DNA of 63,854 nucleotides, filler included, from Octopus bimaculoides (taxonomy: Eukaryota), in NCBI RefSeq assembly GCF_001194135.2. It is 7 parts of 7 records of this genome, joined end to end, with 100 filler letters (N's around TTAATTAATTAA, not from the genome) between each part and the next. Parts side by side here need not be neighbours in the genome. Positions count along the whole stretch, not along the records: positions 1 to 28,576 come from NC_068982.1; 6 more parts are not named here. One strand, written 5' to 3'. A model generated the notes under the pieces. The model searched no databases. It was not told the DNA's origin and saw only the letters and a program-made list of their open reading frames with translations. Made by a program: the position numbers and the translations under genes. The stretch's first letter is position 1. Every line of letters starts with the position of its first letter. Positions 1 through 13,473 of the stretch are shown here, one piece after another.

Positions 1-116
1 GCAAAGATGTCTGTCTGAGGCCCTTGTTGTGACTTGACAAACAGTACAAACCCCCGGTAGACACAATATCTTCAATCAACAACCTCACGATATTTTATAC
101 TGTGCGACGTCTATAA

Positions 117-180
<64 letters not shown>

Positions 181-250
181 CTTTTCTACTAAAGGCACAA
201 AGCCTGAAATTTGTGGGGAGAGAATTAATCGATTACATCGACTCCAGTCA
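117..250 (-). mobile_element. 3' end of a family A SINE with its (ATT)n tail
   Basis: Minus strand ..gtcgatgtaatcgatt..ttgtgcctttagtagaaaag(att)n; the (AAT)n at 117-180 is the tail. Confidence 0.65.
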
Positions 251-297
251 TCTTAAAATATGCAAACCTCCAGTTACTAATATATAAGATCCTTATC

Positions 298-457
298 AGG
301 CGGTGAGCTGGCAGAATCGTTAGCACGCCGGACAAAATGACTGGCGGCATTTCGTCCATCTTTACGTTCTGTGTTCAAATTGAACACTGGGGTTAATGTA
401 ACCGACTTATCCCCTCCCCACAAACTTCTTGTCCTTGTGCCAAAATTTGAAACCAAT
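298..457 (+). mobile_element. SINE family A with the central module deleted
   Basis: The head up to gttcaaatt joins directly to gaacactgggg. Confidence 0.75.
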
Positions 458-722
458 ATATCAAACCCTTTAATTAAACTGTACATTCAATCAATTTCTT
501 TTACCTCTATATTACAAGTTTCTTTTTCAGTGAACTAGAAAGTAGTGAACCCTTTTCTTTCTACACCGTCAGGCCATTAAACGACTCCTAGAGATTTCTT
601 TGACAAGCGGTATGTGTTAATCATGAAATTTTTGTAGGTGAATACAAAGTTGGTTTCCCATGGCTTTCAGGTAAATTTTAAAAGACGCCATCTTGATGAC
701 TAGACTCGTTACGTTCTCATAC

Positions 723-880
723 CTACATGTGCGTCAAGAGCTGAGCTAATGTTGCTACAAATCATTTCGTCCAACTCTATAACAATTCCACAAACCCACC
801 GCCTTGGATACTTTACTTTCTCTAAATCAGAAGGATGAAGAGCAAAGTAGACTGCGGCAGGATCTGAACTCAGAGAAAAC
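723..880 (-). CDS. Internal exon of an unidentified minus-strand gene (phase 2 to 1)
   Basis: Acceptor aattactttgcag| and donor GTAG|gtatga; 158 nt with only one open frame: FSLSSDPAAVYFALHPSDLEKVKYPRRWVCGIVIELDEMICSNISSALDAHV. Phase matches the exon at 5892-6018. Confidence 0.75.
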
Positions 881-1020
881 CTGCAAAGTAATTTTGTTCT
901 TCTAACGATTCTAGTATTTCGATGCTTCACACTCTTGACCGAACTCGTTAGATACACTGTTTTAATTCTCTTTTCCTCACACTACTGTGCTTCTCTCTCT
1001 CTACCGTCTCCCCCACCCTC

Positions 1021-1094
<74 letters not shown>

Positions 1095-2056
1095 ACCGCG
1101 TGCTAAATACTTTGCTCAAGTTCTTACTCCTCGGAGTTCCCCAAAATTTGACATACTAGGATTATACATATATGTAATCATAGTGTAAGTCAAAAGGTCT
1201 ATTTACTTAAAAAGATCTATCTGCAACTAATAGAAACCATGAGGTGCGGTGACATTAATCACTTTCCCAGAATTTTTGTGACATAGGTAAAATAAATTAG
1301 TCCGATCCAGGAACTGAAACCACATTGTGGACACAACTCATAGAGGCATATTTATGTAGTTGTCGTTTCTGGTGCCGCTGCTAATATTTCTTCACTTCAC
1401 GTCGACCTGTGTCAACCTACATAGAGACTCCTTCGGTGACTTGTAAGGAGTTTGCATTAAAAAGATCGAGGTTTAGCATCATAAGTGAAAAGAAAAATAT
1501 TGAAAAAGGATTTGAAACCTTATCAAGTTTTCAGCAAATCCAGGAACTTACATCTTGAGCAACAACTATTGTACTAAGTGCTTAATTATTAATATATTAT
1601 TATAACTACAAAACTTATTTACAAAAATACGAAATTTTGGCCTTCTAGAATTAGCAGTTAATTGTTCCTCAAATCAAGACGTTACATTGGATATTGTAAT
1701 TTTAGACACACTGTGTCTAAATATAAGATGGGATGGTCAAGGCTGAAATGCTTTTGACTATAGGTCTACTCGATCTTGGTTGTTCCGATGTTAAACAATA
1801 GCATCCTGTTTACATCAGATTGGTTAGTAAACATGTTTATTTTCTCGAACGCTAACACCGTAGAACATTAAACATATTTAATCATTATCATTATTGCTTT
1901 CTTTTGTCTCTGAGATATCANNNNNNNNNNNNNNNNNNNNNNNNNNNNNNNNNNNNNNNNNNNNNNNNNNNNNNNNNNNNNNNNNNNNNNNNNNNNNNNN
2001 NNNNNNNNNNNNNNNNNNNNNNNNNNNNNNNNNNNNNNNNNNNNNNNNNNNNNNNN

Positions 2057-2095
<39 letters not shown>

Positions 2096-2733
2096 CAATG
2101 TAATTATTACTTAGGGAATATTTACATGATAAAAAACTTTAGTAATTTATTTAATAGTCCAACTTCAGAAGAACGAGTGAAGTAAGAAAAAAAAAACTAT
2201 TACATATTTCTTAATGTTACTTTTAAGATATTCTACTATTTCACTTCTAGATGTATTTGTCAAGAATTTTTATGAATGCACACATATGTATGCATATGTA
2301 TATGCGTGTGTGTGTGTGTTTGAGTGCGTGCGTGTGTGCGTGAGTGAGTGAGTTTGAAAGTCATAAAACAAACCTTATTTCGTCTGTATTCTGACATCTT
2401 ATACATTCGTCCATGCATACATTATAATTCATTTGCATAACAAGTTTCATGTGGATAACGACGGACTCACATTCCATTCTATTGGAGAGACTTGTGTGTA
2501 AGCATGTGTGCAAATAGAATAAAATTGCTTGTAAAGACGTGATTGCAATTATCTCCTATATTTGTATACCCTTCGTTTCCGTATCATGCTATATAAAGAA
2601 AAGAATAGTTCAGTGTCCAATTTAATTGATATATGGACGCTTTACGATTTATCGATTAGAATATCAATTAATATTTATGTCTGTATTTATATATATGTGT
2701 GCGTGTGTGTGTATGTGTTTGTGTATGTACATA

Positions 2734-2780
<47 letters not shown>

Positions 2781-3532
2781 NNNNNNNNNNNNNNNNNNNN
2801 NNNNNNNNNNNNNNNNNNNNNNNNNNNNNNNNNNNNNNNNNNNNNNNNNNNNNNNNNNNNNNNNNNNNNNNNNNNNNNNNNNNNNNNNNNNNNNNNNNNN
2901 NNNNNNNNNNNNNNNNNNNNNNNNNNNNNNNNNNNNNNNNNNNNNNNNNNNNNNNNNNNNNNNNNNNNNNNNNNNNNNNNNNNNNNNNNNNNNNNNNNNN
3001 NNNNNNNNNNNNNNNNNNNNNNNNNNNNNNNNNNNNNNNNNNNNNNNNNNNNNNNNNNNNNNNNNNNNNNNNNNNNNNNNNNNNNNNNNNNNNNNNNNNN
3101 NNNNNNNNNNNNNNNNNNNNNNNNNNNNNNNNNNNNNNNNNNNNNNNNNNNNNNNNNNNNNNNNNNNNNNNNNNNNNNNNNNNNNNNNNNNNNNNNNNNN
3201 NNNNNNNNNNNNNNNNNNNNNNNNNNNNNNNNNNNNNNNNNNNNNNNNNNNNNNNNNNNNNNNNNNNNNNNNNNNNNNNNNNNNNNNNNNNNNNNNNNNN
3301 NNNNNNNNNNNNNNNNNNNNNNNNNNNNNNNNNNNNNNNNNNNNNNNNNNNNNNNNNNNNNNNNNNNNNNNNNNNNNNNNNNNNNNNNNNNNNNNNNNNN
3401 NNNNNNNNNNNNNNNNNNNNNNNNNNNNNNNNNNNNNNNNNNNNNNNNNNNNNNNNNNNNNNNNNNNNNNNNNNNNNNNNNNNNNNNNNNNNNNNNNNNN
3501 NNNNNNNNNNNNNNNNNNNNNNNNNNNNNNNN

Positions 3533-3576
<44 letters not shown>

Positions 3577-5891
3577 TGTGAAAGTTTGTAGTAATTTTTT
3601 TTATCTTTGCTAACAAACTTATCCGAATAATGGAATCCATTAATTGAACTAGATTGCTTTTATTTATTTGAAGAATTTCTGTTTCTCTTACTCCACAAAC
3701 ACCATTAATCAGTACTTGTTTCATTTTTAATCATGTGGAGTCATTAATAGGTTATAAAGCGTTAAAGTTAACTTACTTCTAGTCCATTTTTCTTTTTACA
3801 TTCTCCAACCAGAAATACACATTCTGTGAAACGAAGATTAACGATTACTCAGGTATATATTTTTTTATCTGTAATTTCCTTTCTTTAGCAATATTTTCCA
3901 TTATCAATAGTTCTACTTTGTTTTCTCTCAGACGTAAACAACGACGCATTATTTCCAAAATATATTATCTTCATTGGAAAGGAAATTTTCTTGTTTTCCC
4001 TTAAGTTCTGTTTCATCTATTTTATTATTACTGCACCCATTATTTGCTCTTCCTATATTAATCAAGATTTTCTATATATTACCGACATCATTGTTTGTGC
4101 AAGACAGTTATGACCATATATTCTTTGTCAAGTAATTTTCGGATTCTGTTTTTTTTTTTAATATTCCAGTTAATTCTTAATATTTAACATGATTTTACAT
4201 TTTATTTTCAATTATTTCGTATCTTGTAATGTTTCATTTGCCTTTAATATGATTTGATGACAATATTAACAAATATCACTTTATAAGATTCAGCTATCAG
4301 AATCTAGGAGTATACAACCTACAGATGTGCTCAGAAAAATACAACAGCCAAATCAGTTGTGACTTCTCATGATTAAAAATGATACAACTACTATAATCAA
4401 GAACCTTATTAAATAAACAGATGGTTTGGGGAGTTGGGGCTACGGAAGTCATGAGTAAAGCCCTTCTTCTACACCAAACGGTTCAAACAACAAAAAAAGG
4501 AAAACATACAAACTAAATGGTGACATCGGCATGTTAATTTCGTCATGAATTTAACAGTGTTAACAATGAACAATGTTCATGATGACGTGGTTACTAGCAT
4601 ACTTGATGTAATAAGCAAAAGAATTTGAATTTGTTAGTCACATTCTTACTGATGAGGATAGCCAATATCTAAATTGCAAATTCTGAAAGGAATAAGCAGG
4701 AAAGACAGCTGCAAAATTTGATTAATCAAATTAAATATATAATGTAATGTGGGACGAGTCAAATCTTTGATAGTACGCTGACAACTTTGAACATGTTTCG
4801 GGTTTATTAGACATCATCAGTGTAGGATCACACAAAATCAACATTTCACCTGTCAATCTCAAGCGTTGTAGTAACGGTTATATTGTAATACGCTATGAAA
4901 TATAAAAACGCTTCCGGAATTATCACTGTACTACTAAAGATCAGACTCTCTCATCACTGCATTGCATATTTAATTTATTTTAATAACAATTTCGTAGTTG
5001 TCCCCACCTGCGTTAGTAATTTCGATAATAGTTATTTTAACATTAACGATGCAATTTTAATTCATTAAAGTTTCTCAATTTACTACATGGAGTATACTAG
5101 TGCCTGCTTTGTTATTAAGTTTTCATAAAATAAGATTCCTGTGTGTTTCCCAATCGTTTTAATAAAATAAAATGTATTGACTTATTATATCCAGTATACT
5201 AGCGCCTACGTTACTTGTAAGTTTTTATGCAGCAGGCGTCACAGGGTATTTTTCTCCAGTCATTTAATGTTATTCACATACTGATTAAATCCTGAAAGAC
5301 AACTTCGTATATTATTCCTATTAATTTCATTAACACCATAGCATTCACACGAAGTTGATCTTGACAGAACAACATCTCAAGTTGTATAATGTCTGGTATT
5401 TCGCAGCTAAGTAGCCTATTTTATTGATAACAAATGTCGGTCAACATAAGCCAATTATAAATGGAATTTACAAAGACAAATACAATAATGTGACCTTCTG
5501 CAATCCTTCGAATGATATTGATTAATGTATATTTGCAACATCATTAAATAATTAGTATCGATGTGAATGGGACAGACTGAGATTTTATATAATCGCTACA
5601 AACTAATAATTGATGTATATATTTGTCTTCTGGATAAAGTCCAATTTAGGAATGACAGTAAAATAATATATACATAGAGTTAAAATATCATTAGAATCAT
5701 TTAAGTGAGAGCAGGATATGGTACTATGCAACCATGGTACCACGTTGTGACTCTAAATAATATGAGTGGCTTTAAGTCGATCTTTCATTTCCAACGAAAT
5801 GAAGAGCCGTTCCTAAATCATTACTGACAGATGATATCATGTGACCAGCCCAAATTATTACATTAGTGGCGAATAGAGTCATGTGACTAAC

Positions 5892-6018
5892 CTACTTGTT
5901 CTAACTGTCATCTGGAATTTATCATGCTTTCTACAAGAATGCCAATATTCTTGAAATACGTTAGCAATTCGTCTTAAAAGCAATTCAAAAATGGTGTTAC
6001 AAACAAAACTGTTGAGTA
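5892..6018 (-). CDS. Internal exon of the unidentified minus-strand gene (phase 1 to 2)
   Basis: Acceptor ggttagatgctttcag| and donor GTAG|gttagt; 127 nt open: LNSFVCNTIFELLLRRIANVFQEYWHSCRKHDKFQMTVRTS. Joins in frame to both 13790-13843 and 723-880. Confidence 0.72.
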
Positions 6019-6164
6019 CTGAAAGCATCTAACCAAAAATCTCCAGCAAGCTGTTTTTTACTTTTACAAAAATAATATCTACTGAGTCATTGAAGACGCC
6101 TCTACGAGGTAGCCCACTTGGCAAGAAATAGCAGGCAAATCTCACTCAAGTTATACTTTAATAT

Positions 6165-6555
6165 AGGTGAAGGCGTGGCTATATGGTAAGAAGCTTGTTC
6201 CCCAGTCACATGGTTCGGTGTTCAGTGTCACTGCATGGCGCCTCAGGCATGTGTCTCCTATTATAGCCGCGGGTCGACCAAAGCCTTGTGAGTGGATTTT
6301 GTAAACAGAAATAGAAAGAAGCCCGTCGTATGTGTGTGTGTCTGTGTTTCCCATACATACATCGCGTGACAACCGGTGCTGGTGTGTTTACATCCCCGTA
6401 ATTTAGCGGTTCAGCACAGGAGGCGGATAGAATAAGTACCAAGCTTTAAAAAGAATAAGCACTTGGGTCGATAACTTCGACTAAAACTTCTTCAAGGTGG
6501 TGCCCCTGCATGGCCGCAGTCTAATGACTGACACAAGTAAAAGATAAGAGAAAGA
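6165..6555 (+). mobile_element. tRNA-derived SINE family B, full length
   Basis: GGCGTGGCT..GGTAAGAAGCTTG..GTTCAG..; body AAAGCCTTGTGAGTGGATTT; 3' GATAGAATAAGTAC..CATGGCCGCAGTC..CAAGTAAAAGA. Confidence 0.85.
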
Positions 6556-7824
6556 TATCTTAATTAACGAAAGATACTTAATGCAGGGATAATGTAGCCT
6601 TAGATACACTGCACCCGAATAACAGAATGCTAATGGTCGAGGATAAAATAACCTCCATCTGAGAGCAAATAATAGCATCATATATTTGTCTACACATTGT
6701 AAATTTGTCAGGCCTTACCTTCAATTATACCGGTGCCATTTCTGTTTCATTGAATTATTTGCACTTCCATTCGAAATGGATCTTTCTGTCTGGAAATCAA
6801 TAGCTCTGAGAAGAGAGGAAGAAAACAAAATCAATTAGCACAAACAAAAGATGTCATATATTAGGAGTTTGTTCTTTTGTTAGTTTTGTTTTGTCTCTCT
6901 CTGCAACAAGACTATTCGAAAAGTCATTGTGTTAGCTTGTATAAGGCATTACGCTAACGTCGTTGATATAAAAAAAAAAGCACTGATTCACCCACTCACA
7001 TATTATGATATTCATATAGCCTCATACACAAACACACCCACATTGGCGCCAGACAACAATTAATGGTCGAGTCTCTAAGTACCAGAATAATTCCTTATCT
7101 ACGTAGAAATATTTAAAAGGTATGCAACAACAACAAAAAAGAGCTGCTAACAAAAACAACTTCACGAAAAGATAGTGAATAATATATAACTAGCCATTTA
7201 AATCCTAAGATTACTTATTCTTCGTGAAAATGAAGCCAATGAAATACATAAGTATAAATATAGAGTAACACAATGAAAAAACCAGACCAATTAAGTAGGT
7301 AAATATAAAATATAGACGAACACAATGACAACTGAACAGTTACTTCTTTTGAAGCATTTTTTTCACTGATTTTTATCTTGCATTATCTTTAATCATCTAA
7401 CTAGCTGGATACTAAATATTCTAATTTCTATTTCGAGGTCTCTATTTGATTTCTTCCCAACAGCAAAGGTTTGTTGTTAAAGGAAAGGTTCTTCTCAAGT
7501 AGTATTTTTCTTTTTTTAACGGTAGACATTTTCCACTTAGTTATGATTTTATTATATATGCATTCATTTTTCATTGTTTCTAATAGCTGAAGTTTTTATT
7601 GAGGAAATATATTTTATGTGCACACATACACACACGCGTGCGCGCGCACATACATACACACAGACACGCGCGCGAACACATACACACACATATAATGTGT
7701 GTGAGTGTGCGCGCGCGCGTAGAGAGAGAGACAAACAGGCCGAAACCTCGAAATCTTTGTCACCCCTATTCTTGCAAAAGTAACACAAATATGTATTCTA
7801 CAAAAATTATTAATTCTTCAGTTT

Positions 7825-8011
7825 AATGTAAAACTGTTTTTATAATAATTCGCCATAAAAACATTTATATATGAATTAACTATTGGTTTTATGGCATATG
7901 TTGCATATATTGTATGTATTGCATAATTATATATGCAACATATGCAATAAAACGAATAGTTAATTCATATATAGATGTTTTTATGCCGAATTATTATAAA
8001 GACAGTTTTAC

Positions 8012-8014
<3 letters not shown>
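7825..8014. repeat. Foldback/MITE-like inverted repeat, ~85-bp arms, ~18-nt loop
   Basis: aatgtaaaactg..gttgcatata / tatatgcaac..cagttttacatt with about 5 mismatches. Confidence 0.85.
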
Positions 8015-8050
<36 letters not shown>

Positions 8051-8120
8051 CACATGTTCATAAATTTGTGTTGCAAGATTCCTGATGTGAGCCTTATGTT
8101 GAAACAGATATTGTCATATT

Positions 8121-8244
8121 TCGGGATGGTCATTTTTTTCTTTATTTGCCAAATAAGCACACGCATTATACATTCATTATAATAAACGAGTGAATAATGA
8201 ATGTATAGTGCGTGTGTTTATATGGCAAAAAATGACCAACCCGA
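8121..8244. repeat. Second foldback, ~50-bp arms
   Basis: tcgggatggtcattttt..gcattatacattcattat / ataatgaatgtatagtgc..aaaatgaccaacccga. Confidence 0.75.
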
Positions 8245-8408
8245 GAGGTTTTGGGATCGATAAGATCCAAAATGTAGGTAATGCTATCTAAGTGCTACTG
8301 AAGGACCGCTGTTAAACTCCAACGCGGGTCGTGTGTGAGCGTGTATAGGTTAGATAAAATGAGACAACAAAACCAAAGCAGTGTGAAATTTCTACGACAT
8401 TTGATAAA

Positions 8409-8830
8409 GAGAAGGGTAATTTTACAGCTGTTTCAGGAATATAAAAGATATCCCATCATCATGATTTTACACTACAAGATCCCTTTGAATGAACACCACA
8501 TGGAATTAATGTCTCCACACTATCCATTTGTAATAACAAAATATGAACTCCTATCGGAACTTACATACCACAGACAAGAAGCCTTTTTACCCATTCTACA
8601 CATTACATTCCTTGGATAATGGAACAGTTAGTTTAACATCCCACATATATGTTAATTTTTATTCTTATATTTCCCTTTATATTTCCTATTTCTCTCCCTT
8701 TTCAAAATAACTTTTCATATTGAACTCTACTATTTCCTTCTATTTAATTCTCTTAGATCGTCTCTGATGATGGGATATCTTTTATATCCCTGAAACAGCT
8801 GTAAGACTACCCTTCTCTTTATAAAATGTC
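8409..8830. mobile_element. PLE 3'/pLTR remnant with an inverted partial duplication of its hammerhead
   Basis: 8409-8460 is the reverse complement of 8767-8820 with 3 mismatches. Confidence 0.6.
8760..8807 (+). ncRNA. Type I hammerhead ribozyme
   Basis: GTCT-CTGATGA-T-GGGATAT CTTTT ATATCCC-T-GAAA-CAGCTG-TA/AGAC: stem I 4 bp, stem II 7 bp, palindromic stem III, GUA site. Confidence 0.75.
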
Positions 8831-8908
8831 CTAGAAATTTCACAGTGCCTTGGCTTTGTTGTCATATTTTATTTAACCTGTATATATCACTTGTCATATT
8901 TTATTTAA

Positions 8909-8956
<48 letters not shown>

Positions 8957-9229
8957 TTGAAACAGAATTAGATCAGAATAGTGAGACACATAATATTCTT
9001 AATGTATATACAAACGTAAGAATGGCACCAGCTACAGTATTTTGTCTTAGATAAACTTTACAAACACATGTGTGTGTTATAAGAAATACAGAATTGGCTT
9101 AGTCGATGGGTTTTCAGGTACGACGAAATTTGATCTCCTCAGTGACGAACTCACCTGGTAACTCTGAACTAAGTTGAAAAATATTTATTTCGATAAATAT
9201 CCTCTGATTTAAACGAAAGCTGCATGAAC

Positions 9230-10780
9230 CTGTCACTCTTGCGCTTTTCTTTGTCGCTTGTTTCTGCCATATTCTTTACCCACATCCACTTTCTTAATAT
9301 GTTTTATATTTTTCTTCTTTCGTATACTCTCGTATCCATTGACAAGTATTACTGTTCTCTTTACTGATTCCTGCATCCTTCCATATTTTTTGTATTGTCT
9401 AAGCTTCTGTTCTATGTTTTTAGCCATCACTCTATGAGTCATTGTGGGTATAAAATACAGGTCAAATATACTGCACGTCAGTAGAGTAGTATCATACTTT
9501 TCATGACGTCACTTAGTTTACCTAAAGCACATCATACGACTTGGGTTCGTCTTTTTGCTTTCTCTGAATTCTTGCATTTCACTTTTCCAACGGTCCAAGA
9601 TTTGTCAGTTGTTATTTTAGCATAATTGCTGACTTTGACGACCTCGCGTGTTTCATAGCCGTTAAATATGACTTGTGTGCTTTCTACATATTTCTTTCCG
9701 TCCCACCTTGATGCATTCACGTTCTCATAATCAATAATGCTTAAACACGATAGCTGTCTATATTCTTCAAGTTTCTGAATAACTTACTTCATAAGTAGTT
9801 ATTTGTGGAAAAGCTGTTCGTGAAACCTACTTGTTCTCTTAGTTCATTGCTATCTAAGATAGTATCGACGCGATTTGTAGCACTTTGGCAAATAGGTATT
9901 TAAGTTAGGTGGTTAATGGATCTATAATTTTTTAAGAATATTAATGACACTCCTCTTATATAAAAGTATGATGATAATATTGTTCCAGTTACGGTGATTT
10001 TGATTTGATATATTCTGCGTAGAAACCTGCTATTTGATTATAAACTGGGTCTCGAACTTTTTGAAGGACTCGGTTAACACTTCTTCCTTGAATATAATTC
10101 GTGACAGAATTCTACTACTCAAAGGATGATGTCTCAGTTATTTGTTTATCAGACTTGTTTATCAGCAAAATTCAAAAAAGTAATTTCCCTAAGAAAGGAT
10201 GTTAGTTCTTTGAAGCTTTCATTTTTCTGTATAGCTTGCTCGAATTTTTGGTATATCAAGATTTCGCATTCCCTCTTTCAACATTTTTCCAATGGTCTTC
10301 AAGGTTCTACGTATTCAATCTTTTTATTACTACCTCCTTTTGATTTTCCTTCTGCTCTTCATCAACGTGAGTGCTTCGTAAGCCCTAGTAGATTCTTTCA
10401 TGTGTCTTTCTTTTTTACCTTTCTCCTTGCCACCACTTTGATTGCAGTCTTTGTAGTAATGTCAATCACCTTTACTCATTGCTGATCTACATTTTTGATT
10501 GACAGCTCATCATTTAATACTTTAAGTCTATTTCGTATTTCTGTTTTATAATTGTCTTTCTATTTGATATTCATTTGAAGGACTCGTACGTTACTTATGA
10601 CTTCCTTTTTCCCACTAATTTAGCTATATCTAATCTCATATCATCCTTAATTTTTACTCTTGCCAAACAATGACTAAACTGCTGCTTGTTTGTCGTTACT
10701 AAAAATGTTTCATTTTTTCTTTTCGTTTCTCAAGTGTGGCTCTTTCGTGTATATTTTTGGCATAATTTCTTCTTAGAACG
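9230..10780 (-). mobile_element. Highly decayed retroelement, possibly a PLE
   Basis: Lys-rich broken frames with a weak GIY-YIG-like order of motifs; no decisive motif. Confidence 0.3.
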
Positions 10781-10800
10781 TTCGTTATTTCAAAGTTCTA

Positions 10801-11010
10801 AGGCGGCGAGCTAGCAGAATCGTTAGCACGCTGGGCGAAGTGCTTAGCGGTATTTCGTCCGTCTTTACATTCTGAGTTCAAATTCCGCCGAGGTTGACTT
10901 TGCCTTTCATCCTGTCGGAGTCGATTAAATACGTACCAGCTACGCACTGGGATCGATGTAGTCGACTTAATCCCCTCCCCCAGATTGCCCTTGTGGCAAA
11001 AAAATCATTA
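10801..11010 (+). mobile_element. tRNA-derived SINE family A, full length
   Basis: GGCGGCGAGCTAGCAGAATCGTTAG (A-box-like)..GAGTTCAAATTCC (B box)..GCCTTTCATCC..GTCGAT..GTACCAG body. Confidence 0.85.
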
Positions 11011-12199
11011 TTTCAAGGTTCTTTCTTTCAACAAAAATCAATCAGTCTCTCATTCTTATCATTTTTTTCACACATTCAAAACTTTTCCCATTGCTTTTTC
11101 ATGATTTTTAATTTTTGGTCCCCCTTAGCATCAAAATCGCTAATAATTATTGTGCATTGTATCTTCTCCTGAGTCAAAAACTCTTCTACTTCTTCATTCA
11201 TTGTATTTGTTGTTGTCGTTTTTGCATTGCTCCATGTCATCCTTCATTGAATAAACCTACCACTAAAAGCATTATAAATATGAAAATCCCTTTTTTTATA
11301 GCGTCCAGATTGTGTTATCTATAGGAGTTTTCCTTGTTTAAGACGATGGAGCTTTATTTGAGGAATATTTCGTTGCTATTTCTGGCAGGTTAAATGATCA
11401 TGGAGATGACTCCCACCCACTTTTTCTTATTGTATTTGTCTGCGTGTTAGTGTGTTAGTGTATGTAGTGCGTGTGTATACGTTTATGTATGTGCGCGAGT
11501 GCGTATTGGTGTATGTGAGTTGTATGCTGTGTGTGTATTTGTGTGTGCGCGTGCATGTGTGCATTCATGTGTGCGTGTGTGCTGTGTGAGTATGTGTGAG
11601 CAGTTCGAGGAACTTTGAAAGTTCAAGAAATAGATTATTTTCTGCAATACATTAGCTTATATTTTTCCGTTCGAGTCTGAAAGCTTTTGAATTAGAAGAA
11701 AAATATAAATACAACAGGAACTTCACTGCTCTATTACTGTTTTCTCATTATTCACCTGTCATTCACAGTACAGGAAAAAGAAAATTAGTGAATGAGGATA
11801 GTATGGTGATTTGAGCAATGTATTAGACACCGGAAACTTGTATAGTTAACACTAGACGTCTGGATTCACTCTCATTTTGCATTTCCACGAAACAGTTAAT
11901 CTCTCTTTATGTTTATGTATTTTGTGTGCTCTAGTTGTGTTGTAATATGCTTTGTATGTCTTGTCTGTCTGTTGCAAATGTTGTGTGTGTGTGTGTTCAC
12001 TGGTTGTAGATACGTTGATTTTGTGCTCCGTTTATGTTATGCATATATGTTTCTATGTTTTCTGTCGAGAGTTTTCTTTAAATTGTTGTAGATGCGTTTT
12101 TTGTGGATGAGCTATGGATGAGCTGTGGATATACTATTTATTTGTGGACGCGTGTGTTGCATATATGTTGTTCGAATCATTTGCAATATACAGTTTTAG

Positions 12200-12960
12200 A
12201 TCCATGAAAAGACGATGAATGACATTGGTACCCCCTCTCTCAATGCAGTCTCCCAATGCTGGAACTTATAGTCCTTATGCTATTATCAAGCTTTATAGTC
12301 CTTGTGTTATTACCGGCCGTAAAAACTTGCAGTCATTTCTTCATTGTTGTTTCATATAGTTCACAATGGTATCATCAGATTCATGTACTTCTAGAGTTTT
12401 GATTAGCCAGTCATGTAGAATCAAATCAAAGATATTCTTGATGTCAATCCACATACATGATAGGTGGTTTTTGTATATTTTCGTATCCCTAGAACAATCT
12501 TGTTGACAAAGTCGTTCTATATGTCATAAATGTTCAATTATCCAGGTAGCTGATATTTTGGAGAGAAGTTTATTGACTAGACAGTCGCAGACAAATGAGA
12601 GGGCGATAATTACATGGCTTATATCTTGGGAACCATTGTCGTCCCACAGGCAATGAGTCATCTAGATGACTGGTTCGAATTGTTTAAGTGCGTGTTGAAC
12701 ATACATTACCTGGCAGTATAGTATGTCAAACGACAACCACCAGTAATTTTAAATGTGGACAATTCTATAACTTTTCCAATTCCCTGAAGCTTGTTTAAAA
12801 CAAACTTCCAATCAGATATTGGTAATTCTTTGAGGAAGATGGTATTTCAATTTCTAGCGTTACTCTGCATTCTTCTAACAAGCTATTGTTCTTGTTATAT
12901 TTAGCTTCGTTTTCAAAAGTAGGCTTCCAAAATGTTTCTAATGCCTCTTTAGTGAATATC
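12200..12960 (-). mobile_element. R4/Dong-like (RLE clade) LINE reverse transcriptase fragment, decayed
   Basis: MWIDIKNIFDLILHDWLIKTLEVH (compare WIDxKKAFDxxxHxWL), with upstream ..DWK.. and GTT.VPK-like motifs. Confidence 0.65.
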
Positions 12961-13116
12961 TTATCTACTTCTCTCTTCTTAATGTGTTAATTTTGGGCAC
13001 TGCTTGCAAAGATGTAGTTTTGCGAAAACCGCTTTTCTGTCTTAGCATTATCTATTTTTTTAAATGTGTTGTTGCTGTTGTTGTTGTATGTATTAGGGTG
13101 TGTGTNNNNNNNNNNA

Positions 13117-13126
13117 TAGTAGTAGT

Positions 13127-13204
<78 letters not shown>

Positions 13205-13205
13205 T
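13117..13205. repeat. Compound (AGT)n/(AGC)n microsatellite
   Basis: Direct reading. Confidence 0.9.
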
Positions 13206-13473
13206 ACAGAAGATGCTGATTTAATGGTGGTGTTGATGTTAATAGTGTCGCTTTACTGAATATTCAGTCTAAGGATTCGACTGTAGCACATTCCGTCCAG
13301 TAAAATCTGTAAAAAATTTTCCCAGATAAGACGGTTTTGTCCGTTGGAATAGGATAATACTTCAAGGGAGAGGTTCAACTGTCTGAACTAAACAATTGCC
13401 TTATATAACCAGCCATTTTATTCAATGAAATAATTTCCTGTAGGACACTATTGCTTACACAGCATTATTAGAT

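Noticed and set aside
573-887. Plus-strand exon-like segments (AIKRLLEISLTS, GEYKVGFPWLS, KDEEQSRLRQDLNSEKTCK)
   Set aside because: They need a 28-nt intron or have phase conflicts, and the last overlaps a better-supported minus-strand exon.
3813-4120. Plus-strand exon pair KYTFCETKINDYS / DVNNDALFPKY..
   Set aside because: Short and AT-rich, with no family motif and no supporting neighbours.
10801-10890. tRNA gene
   Set aside because: A and B boxes are present but they belong to a SINE head that continues into the SINE body; no cloverleaf.
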